Shown piece after piece: positions 35,201 through 45,878 of a DNA stretch of 64,000 nt. Below the pieces are notes generated by a model. It was not told the origin of the DNA. It was given only the letters and a program-made list of their open reading frames with translations, and did not search any database. The position numbers and the translations under genes were made by a program. How positions within the stretch are numbered: the stretch's first letter is position 1; every line of letters starts with the position of its first letter. Source of the DNA: Podarcis pityusensis. Taxonomy: Eukaryota. The stretch is from NCBI GenBank assembly GCA_964106645.2, contig OZ067043.1. The stretch is one strand, 5' to 3'.

Positions 35201-35559
35201 TATACAATGACTAGAATCCCAGGAGACTTAACTATAAAAGAGCTGCTCCATTCCTAGGCACATTTACTCGGGAGCAATTCCCTCTCCTCAAGTCGGCAAA
35301 AGCCTCACTCGCCAGCAGAAACGACAAGGAGAAGATGAAGAAGGGAAAAGGAGCACGAGGTCCATTTTCCACAGAAGAAGTTTGCGAGGGGGAAGAGGCG
35401 AGCAGGTGTAAACAGAGGAAGGAAAGGCAGAGCCAGGCGTCAGGCTAAAAACCTAGGAGGACTCTATGTGGTCCAGAAGAAGAAAATGGGGGGTTTTTTT
35501 TAGAGGGGGGAGGCAGGAGATTCAAGAGAAGGAAGAAGAGGAGGAGGAGGACGGGGCAA

Positions 35560-36390
35560 CTTGAGGCGTCTCCCTCCCCTCTGTGGATGCTACCAAAGTA
35601 CCTACCTGGAAAGAGGGGGCGGGACAGGATGGCGCCCCGGGAGGCAGCTCAGCCTGAAGGGGGAGAGGAATAACTTTTGGGTGGGGGGGTTAAGAGCAAA
35701 CACCGGAGGAAGAGACGCTTACCAGACCCCCTTCTGGGAGCAGCGCCGAGGAGCCCCCGCCGTCCAATCCCTTCCCAGCCGACAACCACGGGAGAGAGAC
35801 GGGGAGAAGCAGTTTCCAGAGGCCGAGCCCCGCCCCTTGCTCCCCGCTCAGCCGCCCCCACCCCAAAGGAAAGCTGGAGCCCGCGACCGGACAAGCGCCG
35901 ACTGGAAACTCTGGCACAGCCCGCATGCGCAGAAGAGCTCTTTCTCTCTCTCCCGGCCGCGGCGCCGCCCTCTTCAAGGGGCGAGGCTCGCCTGATGGCC
36001 CGTTCCCCGCCCGCAGCCCCAGGAGGCGGGGCCGCCGCACTTTTGCCTAGCCTCCGGCGCTGCGCATGCGCCGGCTGCCGCTCTAGCGCCTCGGCGAGCG
36101 GGCCGCGAAGTTCGTGGCTGCTGCGCGCCGCTCCTTCGGCGTATGAGGAAGTCGGCAACTGTTTCCCGGGCGGCGCAAGGCGGCGGCCTCCTCCTCCGCC
36201 TCGCTCTCCGCTTGCTTACGCGGAAGTAATCGCGGCACGACGGGCGTTTGCTCCCCAAGTTAAGGGAAGGGGAGGGTTGCGGGTTTTTAGCGGCTTTGCT
36301 GGGAGGTATGTTGGCTTCCGTGCTTAGGATCGCACTGCGCGGGTGTTTTGGGCGGTCACCGTCGAGCCTGGGCTTACGCACGTTTATTCA
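35560..36390 (-). promoter_or_regulatory. STK38 CpG-island promoter and non-coding exon 1
   Basis: Dense CpG with two NRF1 motifs (CGCATGCGCA 35922-35931; TGCGCATGCGC 36061-36071), ETS CGGAAGT at about 36221, and GC-boxes. Minus-strand donors CTG|gtaagc (exon end 35723) and CAG|gtaggt (35606). The first coding exon acceptor opens at 33547. Confidence 0.85.
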
Positions 36391-38763
36391 GAAGAAAAAA
36401 AATCTCTGTTTTAAGGACACTCCACCCACAGAGCTCCCAGTTAGGGATGAATCGACGCTTTCATAGGTGGAAAGCAAGTCAGGAAGGTTCGTGGTTTCCT
36501 CAGGGTGTTTTTCCACAATCCCAAATCCACATAAAGATTGTATTAATTTCAAAAGATCCGAGTTCTTTTGCTGTCTTTTCAAGAGACTGGAACCTGCCTT
36601 GTTCCTGATTATTGTACAGTACAGTACTTGCATTTGGTTTTTCTCTGCTTTTCCAGACATTGGAACTGCACAAATAGGGAAATAGTGATGCTCACTAGTT
36701 TTATCAGATCACACCAAAAACGTTTGCTTTTATTGCTTGTATTGTTGCACTGTAAAAACGCCATATGCCAGGTTTATTCGGCATACACCTTTGTGGACTA
36801 GAGCCCACTTTGTCAGACGCCTATGCCAAAATAAATCTGCCAAAGGACTTGTTTTTCCTGCAAGAGGCTAGCCTGGCCACCTCTGTTGAATTTTTAAAAA
36901 ACATGAAGTTCTTTAAAACCATTTCCAGAAGAACAAAGGGCAGTATTTTACTTTAGCTCTCTCTTTGTCCTGATGATCTATCTTCTGAGACAGACACTTG
37001 AAGGAAGGACTCTAGACAATGGAAGGATTTATGCAACTAATAGAAGACTGGATACATACCATAAGCTGTACTCTGTGTCTATTAACCCTATGAAGAACCT
37101 CTGGTCCCTACTCGTTAATATCCATGAATTGAGAAAGTTGATGCCCTAAAGACGAAATTTTGAAATAAGCAACCATCGCTTTGTGGTTAAGCTGAGGTGT
37201 GTATATTTGAGACTGCCCGTTGCACATGCACAGTTGACAGCTTCAAGAATAGGAGTTGCGGGAAGCTGCAGGCATGGGGAAATCAAACAGGTACTGTCAT
37301 ATGCATAGAGTGAAGACACCCCTGCCCCTTCTCGGATGTAAATGTGACTTGAAGGGGAGTGGGGAGAACAAATTTGCTGTGTTTTAAGCTGTTAATATGT
37401 ATATAGCCTCAGATGAAAATTCCATTTCTACTTTTAAATCCACTTACAGGATAATATTATAACTCAGATGAACAGTGACAGCAAATTGTACATAGCTGTG
37501 GAAGTCCCTGTTGTTGCCAACATAGCTATCTAGTGTTTTTTTCTCTTCATTTTAATGGCATTTAATAACTTTTCCATTTTCTTCAAAAATGCATAGCTAT
37601 TAGCAAAATATAATCTTGCTTTATTTTATTTAGATTTCCAGCATTAATGATGTACAACATTTTGATAACTTTCATGCAAAAAACATGTATCTTAATGCGT
37701 TCCATAACACTGAGGATGGACAGTTTGTTTAAAATGGATCACTGTAAAATATGATCTATCAGCATTTTATCATTATCAAAAGATTATTTTAAGACAGCCT
37801 AAGCATTATATTTAAAGTAACTGAGACCTTGAATATTTTCGGTGACCCGAATAACAAAGCTATAGCAATACTACATATGTATTTTAGCATTTGTACATAT
37901 TGTTTAACATATTATTAAATATGAAGGACAAAATGTGTTCTTGCCATTTATTACTCCTTTGGAATGTACAAAGGTGGCTTTGTATAACATCTCAGCCCTG
38001 CACTTGTTGGCTTGGGAATATTCAGTGGGACTTATTTGCTAATAATTGTATTTAGAATTCTGCATTCAGAATTTTGTATATGTTTCCCCAAACTGGTTTA
38101 GATTTGAAATATGGCATTAGAAACTAAGAAACCAGTCTCCTTGCTCATGACAAAAATGGGATGTGAAGGCCAGATCCAGCCTCTACTTATGATAGCCTTC
38201 AGAGATTTTCCAGGGGGAAGTTGAGATATAAAATACAAATGTATTTGCAAAAGAAAAAAACAAGCAAGCAAGAAAAAACAAACTTGTCCCACATTAAGTA
38301 ATAAGACGCTCAGGCAGAGTCCCCCAAAACAAAATCTGCAAGGTGGTTTAGTATCTGGTGCCTGGACAACCAAAATCTAACCAGTCTGCGGTCTTCTCAT
38401 GGCCAAATGTTGATTATACACTGAATGTCAGTGGTATACAACAGAACTTCATGTTGTGCATTAGTATAAGCCCATTTTAAATTGTTACATTCACCATCTG
38501 TGTAATATTGTTTCTGTGTTGTATTCAGGTAGAGTAAATTAACAGCGTTGTCTCTGAAAGTTGACCCCTATAATTACCCACTTTCCTAGGATTAGGAGAA
38601 ACCTGGATGCAGGGCTGTTTAGAGACTTCCCGGGGAGCTGTATTTAACCCGCTTTTAATGCCAATTACATTACCAACACTTGTGTGGAGCCTAACAATCA
38701 ACATTTAGTTCTCACACATCACATTGTTTTAGGTTTCAGGTACGCAATCTGCACCTCTTATCT

Positions 38764-38899
38764 ATCATAGAATTGTAGAGTTGAAAGAGACCACGAGGGT
38801 CATCTAGTCTAACCCCCTGCAGTGCAGGAATATTTTGCCCAATGTGGGGCTCGAACTCACGACCCTGAGATTAAGAGTCTGATGCCCTCCTGACTGAGC
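38764..38899 (-). mobile_element. tRNA-Lys-derived SINE with CR1-type 3' tail
   Basis: Minus strand has a tRNA-Lys-like head (GCTCAGTCAGG...GACTCTTAATCTCAGGGTCGTGAGTTCGAGCCCCAC) followed by ...TTCAACTCTACAATTCTATGAT. A second copy lies at about 8772-8896 (+). Confidence 0.7.
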
Positions 38900-39447
38900 C
38901 CAATAGACTTTGGAACTCTTCTGACAAAACCTTTTCATCCCTCTGGAAAGTGGGAACCCTCAGCATACTTCTTCCAGAGGTATGCAGAATCTGAAATATT
39001 TTGTTCAAGCAGCTAACCAGTTACTTGCAATGATTGCTTCCAATTCCACATCTTCAGAGTTGCAGCAGAACGTTTTTACATTTGAAAATATGTATATTTG
39101 GACTTTTCTACTGAGTGTTCTAATCAGCTAGATGTGGGTGATAGGCTGAGGCATTATTCTGGATGACTTGATTCCTTTTGAAAACCTTGAGTAGGTCAGA
39201 ATTGCTGCAGCCTGACCCAATGCATGTTTACTCAAAAGTAAGTCCCATGGTGTTCATGGGTCTTATTCTTGTTTGCCTAAGATTCCAATCTTACTGTAAG
39301 ACGTATTCTTTCTGCAGTAAGGAGACAACATTAATATGCTCAAAGAACCAGGGGTGCATATTTAGAAGTATGCATTTTTACATGAAAAAATGTATTATAG
39401 AGCATTTGAATTTGCTTTCCAGCCTAGGTGTTTTCTCAGCCATGTGC

Positions 39448-39453
39448 TTTATT
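39448..39453 (-). terminator. Candidate PTH4 polyadenylation signal (AATAAA)
   Basis: Minus-strand AATAAA about 460 nt after the PTH4 stop codon. Confidence 0.35.
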
Positions 39454-39912
39454 ATAACTTAAACCCACATTGCTAAAGGGGAACAGTAGAAAACAGGCAC
39501 AAAAGACCTCAAGTAATTATATGGGTGGTGGAAGCAGGAAAGGAGCATAAGGGACAAAGAGTGAATACTTTCCACATACCCCAGCAGAATCTGCATGCAC
39601 AAACACACAAATACCTCAATAATATTGTTCAACAAATGCAAAGGAGTGAAGCAGCAATAATAATATATAGCCCCTGGCAATATTGCTAACAGTTATAAAA
39701 TATCTGTGCTATCTAGAAGGGAAAATTTTAAGCCCTGCACATTCCTGTTTAATAATCGGAATAAGGGGGAAATGTTCTGGCCTTTCAACAATGTGAAGGA
39801 GTAGTAAATGGCACAAACGCACATTTTCTTTGTTAACCAACTTTTCTTTTGATCTCCCTCAGTGTATATATCTCAAGTAGCAGATGGACTGCAATAGGTT
39901 CGGTCAGGAAAT

Positions 39913-41568
39913 CTATGTCTGGGTGCTGAGATTTCTTTTGCCATCTTGATCTCCACCTTGAAATATGTCAGAAAGATCCTGATTGCCCTTTACATTCTTT
40001 AGATACTGCAACACATTTGTTTTCCTGAGGACAGCAACAGGCTCTTCCTTCTCCATCAATCCCAGCAGCAGTTGCTTCATCATTTCTAGAGACTCTTCTC
40101 TGCCAGTTCCATCAGAGAGATCGGAGAGGTCTTGGTTCTTTGGTGAGGTCCACACAATGTGTGCCTGCGGGATGTCCCTGCCCACGGCTGTGTGCACTCC
40201 TCCCATGGCTTGGTGGAGCCAAATCAGTCGGTTTAACTCTTCACGGAGATTTCCTTTATTATGCAAGAACTGGAATTCTGCCACTCCTCTCTTACTGAAA
40301 TGTGAAAAAGCCAGTACTGTGCTTGAGAAGCAGAAACACATTCACAACAAAGCAAGAAAATATTCGGGTTACAAACACTTCAGGTTACAGCCTCCACTAA
40401 CCCAGAAGTAGTACCTCAGGTTAAGAACTTTATTTCAGGATGAGAACAGAAATTGCATGCCGGTGGTGCGGCAGCAGCAGGAGGCCCCATTAGGTAAAGT
40501 ACCTCAGGTTAAGAACGGACCTTTGGAACAAATTAAGTTCATAACCAGAGGTACCACTGTATTTGTGTGTGTGCTCCATCTTTGTAATAAAGTTGTGGTG
40601 TACTCCCTGCTCCATAAACTGGGCTAGGAGAAAAGTGCCTGGACTGATTGAATGCAGGGAGGTAAAAAAAGGGGGGGGGGAGTCATATTTCCTGCTCTAT
40701 GCACCTATTTTCATGTCAAGACTACCACATACTTTGGCCTGTTTCAGACATAATGGGAAACCATGATTTCCTACTCCATGAAAGAGCCTGTATGAGTCTC
40801 AGGTTTCTAGGCATCTCCTTGGCCACAAGGAGATTGGAAGCTTCCATTTTTGAACAAGCCACAGTTCCTCTTTATGCCCAGGCTGGAGAGATTGTAGCGA
40901 GAAGTACTAACCTTATGACCAGCAGACCATGTGAGCCTGAGGTTCATGTGGGCTCACTCATGTGGTGAGCAACTGGTTTCCCATTATGTCTAAACCAGGC
41001 TAATATATGTGAACACGACAGACATGTGAATAACATATGTAGCTGTCTTCATTGTTTCTGATTTTGCTATGGATTTGTGCTTTGACGTGTTAAAAGAGGT
41101 AGCTCTCTCGCCCTTATCATCACTATCTAGGAATGAACAGAAGATCACTTTATGGTTTTCGGAACCATCTTGGAAAGCTCTAACAACAAGAAGACTTTGC
41201 CTTTTCCCTTTGCTATCTTGTGACTTTCAGTACAGGATAATCTTGTTTTTAAAAGCACCTTCCAAATGTGTCACATTTTAAAGAAAAATCATTTTAAAAA
41301 TTACAAACGATGCTAAACATATGTTTGCACAGTGATCTCCTTCAGAAAAATACATTATATTGTAAAGCATTACTGCAATGTTATCATTTTGCATCCAATA
41401 GTCAACACAGTACCCCCCCCAAAAAACCCATCATAGTAAAATAAAGCTTATCAAAAATTTGACTAACAAATATTCTTACGTTTTTGTTTCTTGACATGTT
41501 GCAAACCAAACAAGAAAAAAAATGGACAAAAATGTTACCATCTGTAGATATCTTTGGGACAAAAGCAT
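39913..41568 (-). CDS. PTH4: Parathyroid hormone 4 / PTH-like peptide (PTH-L) prepro-hormone, 156 aa, 2 coding exons
   Basis: Exon 41480-41568 encodes MLLSQRYLQMVTFLSIFFLVWFATCQETK plus 2 nt (acceptor ttaatag at 41584, donor AC|gtaaga). It joins through a phase-2 intron to exon 39913-40294 (acceptor catttcag): T-KR-GVAEFQFLHNKGNLREELNRLIWLHQAMGGVHTA.... The PTH/PTHrP-conserved V2, E4, Q6, H9, G12, R20, W23, L24, V31 and H32 are present, as is the RLIWL motif typical of PTH4/PTH-L. The intron sits just before the dibasic site, as in PTH-family genes. Position next to STK38/SRSF3 matches recalled PTH4 synteny. Confidence 0.9.
40364..40560. mobile_element. Tc1/mariner (Tigger-like) MITE fragment in PTH4 intron 2
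   Basis: Ends with GAGGTACCACTG|TA (TIR plus TA target) and contains repeated GTACCTCAGGTTAAGAAC sub-terminal motifs. The left end is truncated. Confidence 0.6.
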
Positions 41569-42324
41569 CTTCTGTCTTGTAAACTATTAAACAAGATGAA
41601 ATAAGACGGACATTGAAATGCAACTTGCAGCTATAACATATTCCACTTAAATAATGGATAGTAAAATTAAACCGTAGTGGCTGATAGTAAGTATTGGCCT
41701 GAAATATATAATTTTAAAAAAAATATTATTCTTTGCCTTTTCATATTTACTGTGACAACAAAAGCCAAATAATTCCGTAGTGCATTTTATTTGTATATTA
41801 GGACACAAAAGGTTTTAATTTGAAATAGTAGAAAACCATCTTTTAAATATATATTCCAAATATTCCTGTCATAAATATATTACTGCAATCTTCACTCAGG
41901 TTAGTATAGCCTATGAAAATCAATAGCATAATATGTATATAAAATTGTTTGCTTTTGGAGGGAACAAAACAAATATTCTGATCTGAACCATAACTGGTTT
42001 TCTAGAAATATGTGAATACACAAAATACATCCTGAATGGCACAAGCCATTGGTTCAATTTTTCCAGTACTGTAATCACTTATTTGAGATATATTTGTATA
42101 GCTACATATAACCGACAATATCTTAATTAAATATTAGTTGAAATAAAATATTTAACAGTGCAACCCTATACATGTCTACTCAGAAATAAGTTCAATGGGG
42201 CTTATGTCCTGGTAAGTGTATATAGAGTTTTAAGCCCAACAGGTTAAAAATAGCAGTGGAATGTAGAGTACTTACTATTTCTTCTTGGATTGGAGTATGG
42301 TAAAGTTGATTTGGGGAGTCTTAC

Positions 42325-42365
42325 TTGTTGCTAGCAGATCTCTAGTGAGCCTCCTCCTGCAGTGA
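42325..42365 (-). other. PTH4: Predicted non-coding first exon of PTH4
   Basis: Starts about 30 nt downstream of a TATAAAA box and ends at donor CAA|gtaaga (42325), or alternatively ATA|gtaagt (42276). PTH-family genes have a short 5'UTR exon. The TSS is estimated. Confidence 0.55.
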
Positions 42366-42387
42366 CAGTGTTCGCCTTCCTAGCTTC

Positions 42388-42394
42388 TTTTATA
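42388..42394 (-). promoter_or_regulatory. TATA box of the PTH4 gene
   Basis: Minus strand reads CTATAAAAG, about 30 nt upstream of a short segment ending in consensus splice donors and about 0.8 kb upstream of the signal-peptide exon. Confidence 0.6.
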
Positions 42395-43433
42395 GTTCTG
42401 TAGCTGCACTTAACAATAGGGATGAGCTGCGCATCATGTTCTATGACTAAGATCTTTTCCTCCTTGTATAAATGAAAGATGTGCTTCTCCCAGAGACAAT
42501 CACCCTTGGACAATAAAGTTTACTATTTGGCTAGTGATTAAGACACTGGGACCTCCTGTTTTTGAAATATCTCTCATCCTGTCATTTTCATAGGATCGTA
42601 AAATCATGCTATGGAGGTTGGGATCAATAGCAAGGCTGAAGATTTGGAGACTTTTTATCACTGGGGGACTTATTCCAGCCATTACTTGCTGGATAACTTT
42701 TGATATAATTTCTGGATCAGCACCACATGTTTAAGGCAAGAATCAGCTTGATTTTTCTAGAAGGCAGCTGGAGAAGTGGAGAACTGACCATATGAACAAG
42801 GCAAGGAGGAATCTTCCTCTTCTTGACATGTTATTGTCAGATTTTGAATTGGACCAGGATTTACAACGGTGCATGGTCACAATAAGCCTTCAGTGCCATG
42901 GCTCAGCCTGGAAATATGAAGTGGGATATTAATATATCCAACTAAAAATGGAGAAACATAAATCAAACTACTTGCTCAGTAGAAATTAAAGACATACGGT
43001 ACTTCACACAGCCCACCCCAAATTTCGGGTTGATGTTTATCAGTCTTGGTTGAACTATGGCAGCCTCAATGGCAAACAAATATTCAGAATGCTCCCAGTG
43101 AAGTCTCCTGCATCCACCCAGTGTCACCAACAGTAACTTGCAAACTGACCCATAATCCCATCCACAGATCAGAAATGTGTGCAGATGGGGCATAGCTAGA
43201 GTCAGAAGATGCAGGGCTGTGAGGGCTCACCTAAATACTTTCCCAGCGGTGCTATCTCGGCAGGCCTGCTCTTCTTTGAGCTTTGATATAAGGCAGCAAC
43301 CTGCTATTCTGAACATCAGAACTGATCTTACATATGTGCCTCTCAGCTTTGCACAGAAAAAGAATTCTGCTGCCTTCATCTATCGTTTATTTGACGTTCT
43401 CAGTTTTCCCTCTTTATAGTTGTTTGTCTAGTG

Positions 43434-43569
43434 CAGGGATTCCCAAACTTGGCTCTCCAGATGTTTGGGGACTACAGTTTCATCATCCCTGACCACTAGT
43501 CCTGTTAGCTAGGGATGATGGGAGTTGTAGTCCCAAAAACATCTGGAGGGCCGAGTTTGGGGATGCCTG
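43434..43569. mobile_element. Palindromic hAT (Charlie/MER5-like) MITE
   Basis: CAGGGATTCCCAAACT...AGTTTGGGGATGCCTG with an internal palindrome and TSD (G/T)TCTAGTG at 43426-43433 and 43570-43577. Related decayed copies at about 4938-5060, 7096-7232 and 60091-60200. Confidence 0.8.
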
Positions 43570-45878
43570 TTCTAGTGGATTTTAGGCTCAGAGCAGCACC
43601 TTCAGAGCTCCCCAAACCCCTCATTCCTCCCATCACAGGGTTCTTTTCATAGATAAATAAATCACAGCTCTATTCCCCTTGGTTCCTGTCCCCTTGCCCC
43701 AACCTCCACTCCACTGCCAGGTAAATGAGTCTGCTTCTTTTCCCAGTACAATACCCTTTCAGAGCAAGTTCGTGCTCCTGAAGCTTTTAGACCCATGTCA
43801 GTCTCTTCTCTGTGGTAAAGGTGAGTTTCTCTGGGTGCATCTGAGGCCTGTCCCTCCTCTGCTTGCTGCTTCTCCGCTCTATAGTCCAGTGGTGAAGGCA
43901 ACAGCACATGCATGGCACAGCCACCTGCGGCTGGCGCAAGTTCACTTCCATTTAGGCCAGAGTCAGCAGAGAGTGGACATCACCAGCAGCTACTTGCAGT
44001 ATTGCCTCTCAGATTTGGATTTCCAAGACACCTTTCAAGAATTACGGCACAAATAAAATAAGACAATAGAAATGCAGAGCAAATAATATAATACCAGCAG
44101 CTAAGCAATCCTGAGCAGAGCCAGTACCTCACAACCTGGACTTCTGCTGGCACAACAGGATTTCCTCTATGCCTGCCCACTGCCCATCTACTCAATGATT
44201 CCCAAAGTGTCCAACACAGATTCTGGGAGTTTGCAGCAGCTGAAAGGTGAGGGTGAGAGGACAGGAAAGCATGGCTGAAAGCCCATTTTGATAGCATACG
44301 GACACCATTGAATGTCATATATATTTTCTATGCAGTCATATTGGTATAGCTGTTTGTGCCTCATTGCAGCTACAGTTAAATGTAGGATTGTTTTCATGAT
44401 GTTAATAACATAAAAAGTAGTAGCCAAATACCAATGTACAGACCTAACTGGTTCTGCCTTGTACCATCTGGGGCTAGAATTGTTTATTTTGAGCCATTGT
44501 GTTCATCAGCTAATCACTACAGGCTTCTAGCTTTGTAACAACTCTGCTCCTGGCGTAAGAGCCATTTATTGAAAAGGTCAAAACTTGTAACCAATTAAAG
44601 ATTTAAATTGAGGTTGCTAAATTGGTTGCTAAACTCTTGTGATCTCTTTTTAGTTTCCAGGACACCCAAAAAGTTAACGTAAATGATGTGCCTGCCACAG
44701 CAGAGCTTTCTAGTTACGTGTTTCCAGGCTAATAAGCACTAGCCATAGCCAAGTCTAAAACATCTGATCTTTATAACCACCTTTATGTAATTGAGGGGCA
44801 ACTATCATTATCATAAGAACTATGATTCCATTTGTCTGAGCAAGTGAATGTCAGCCAGAGAAATTGAAAGATGCTCATTGAATGACAACTTAAAGCATTC
44901 TATCATAGACAGTGTGTGCTGCCATGGCTACTCAATTCCACTACCCTTGGGAAGTTGCATTATAGGAAATATCTCAGCAGCTCTACTTTTAGAGAATGGG
45001 TGTTGCAACCAGCAGCATTTTTAACTCCCGCAGTAGTAGTTATGGAAGCTTCAAACTGTGCTGGCCTTCACTGAACAATACTTACCAGATGGTTACAAGC
45101 TGGCTTCCAGTACTGAGTTCAAGAGTATCCCAGGATTGGATAAAAGTGTCTAAAGAAGTGGAGCATATTGCAGGACAAAAAATCCATGCTAAATCCTAAA
45201 CCTGCCCTCCATTTTTATCTTTGAAGACTCCATAAAGATGTGATTATATTAACTGTGGCTAAATCCACCACAGAAAAGCTGTGGAGGATTTTGAAAGCAA
45301 ACTTTAAGTTGGACCGGTGGCAGCAGCTCTGAAACTTGTGTAGCTTTGAATGAGAAACTGGCCCATTATGTGTCAGCATATCAAAATAATTAGACAATTT
45401 CTATGCTGTGCACATCAACTTTATTAAATAGTTACCAAAGAACCTGAGCTTTGGCCTCTGGCAATGTAAGGGAACGTAAAGCAAGATATTATGGTTTGAT
45501 ACAACATACGTAATCAGTGATTCAGGTAATGTAGCCATGTTGGTCTGTCGTAATAAATAACAATGATGAAAGATTTAAAAAAAAATAATTGAAAGATGTT
45601 CCAGTAGCACTTTAAAGACCAACTAAGTATAAGCTTTCTAGGTATGAGCTTTTATGTAATCAGTGTTTTCTTATTTTTGAAATGGTATGTATATTTCTCT
45701 AAATTGTTGATGCGTTTCTTTCAAATAAATAAAATGCCTCCCTTTCTCTGCCAAATGTTTTGCATTTGATGTACATTTCAATGACCAGGTGTGTACCCAA
45801 GTTTCAGTTTCCTTGGAATGAGGAACAGCAGAGACTATGGTGTCTTTAGGATCAATGGTTTATATACATATATACAAC

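Noticed and set aside
35561-36466. Long overlapping ORFs (up to 216 aa) on both strands
   Set aside because: Arg/Pro/Ala/Gly-rich translations of the STK38 CpG island with no domain. Stop-codon depletion from high GC explains them.
38836-38899. tRNA-Lys-like sequence
   Set aside because: Mutated stems and direct fusion to a CR1-type tail identify it as a SINE head, not a tRNA gene.
40295-40341. N-terminus MCFCFSSTVLAFSHFS of the PTH4 ORF in the track
   Set aside because: Intronic pyrimidine tract. The true N-terminus comes from exon 41480-41568.
39983-40411. 142-aa ORF on the + strand
   Set aside because: Antisense shadow of the PTH4 mature-peptide exon.
42331-42682. Two adjacent minus-strand ORFs ending TVTAGGGSLEI, resembling the chaperonin (CCT) VVAGGGAIEM motif
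   Set aside because: Similarity is limited to about 8 residues. The same bases are better explained as the PTH4 TATA box and first exon.
43662-44318. Cluster of 83-125 aa ORFs; checked as a possible second PTH-like gene or CDKN1A fragment
   Set aside because: No PTH 1-34 motif and no p21 CDI motif (CRRLFGPVD, WNFDF) recognised.
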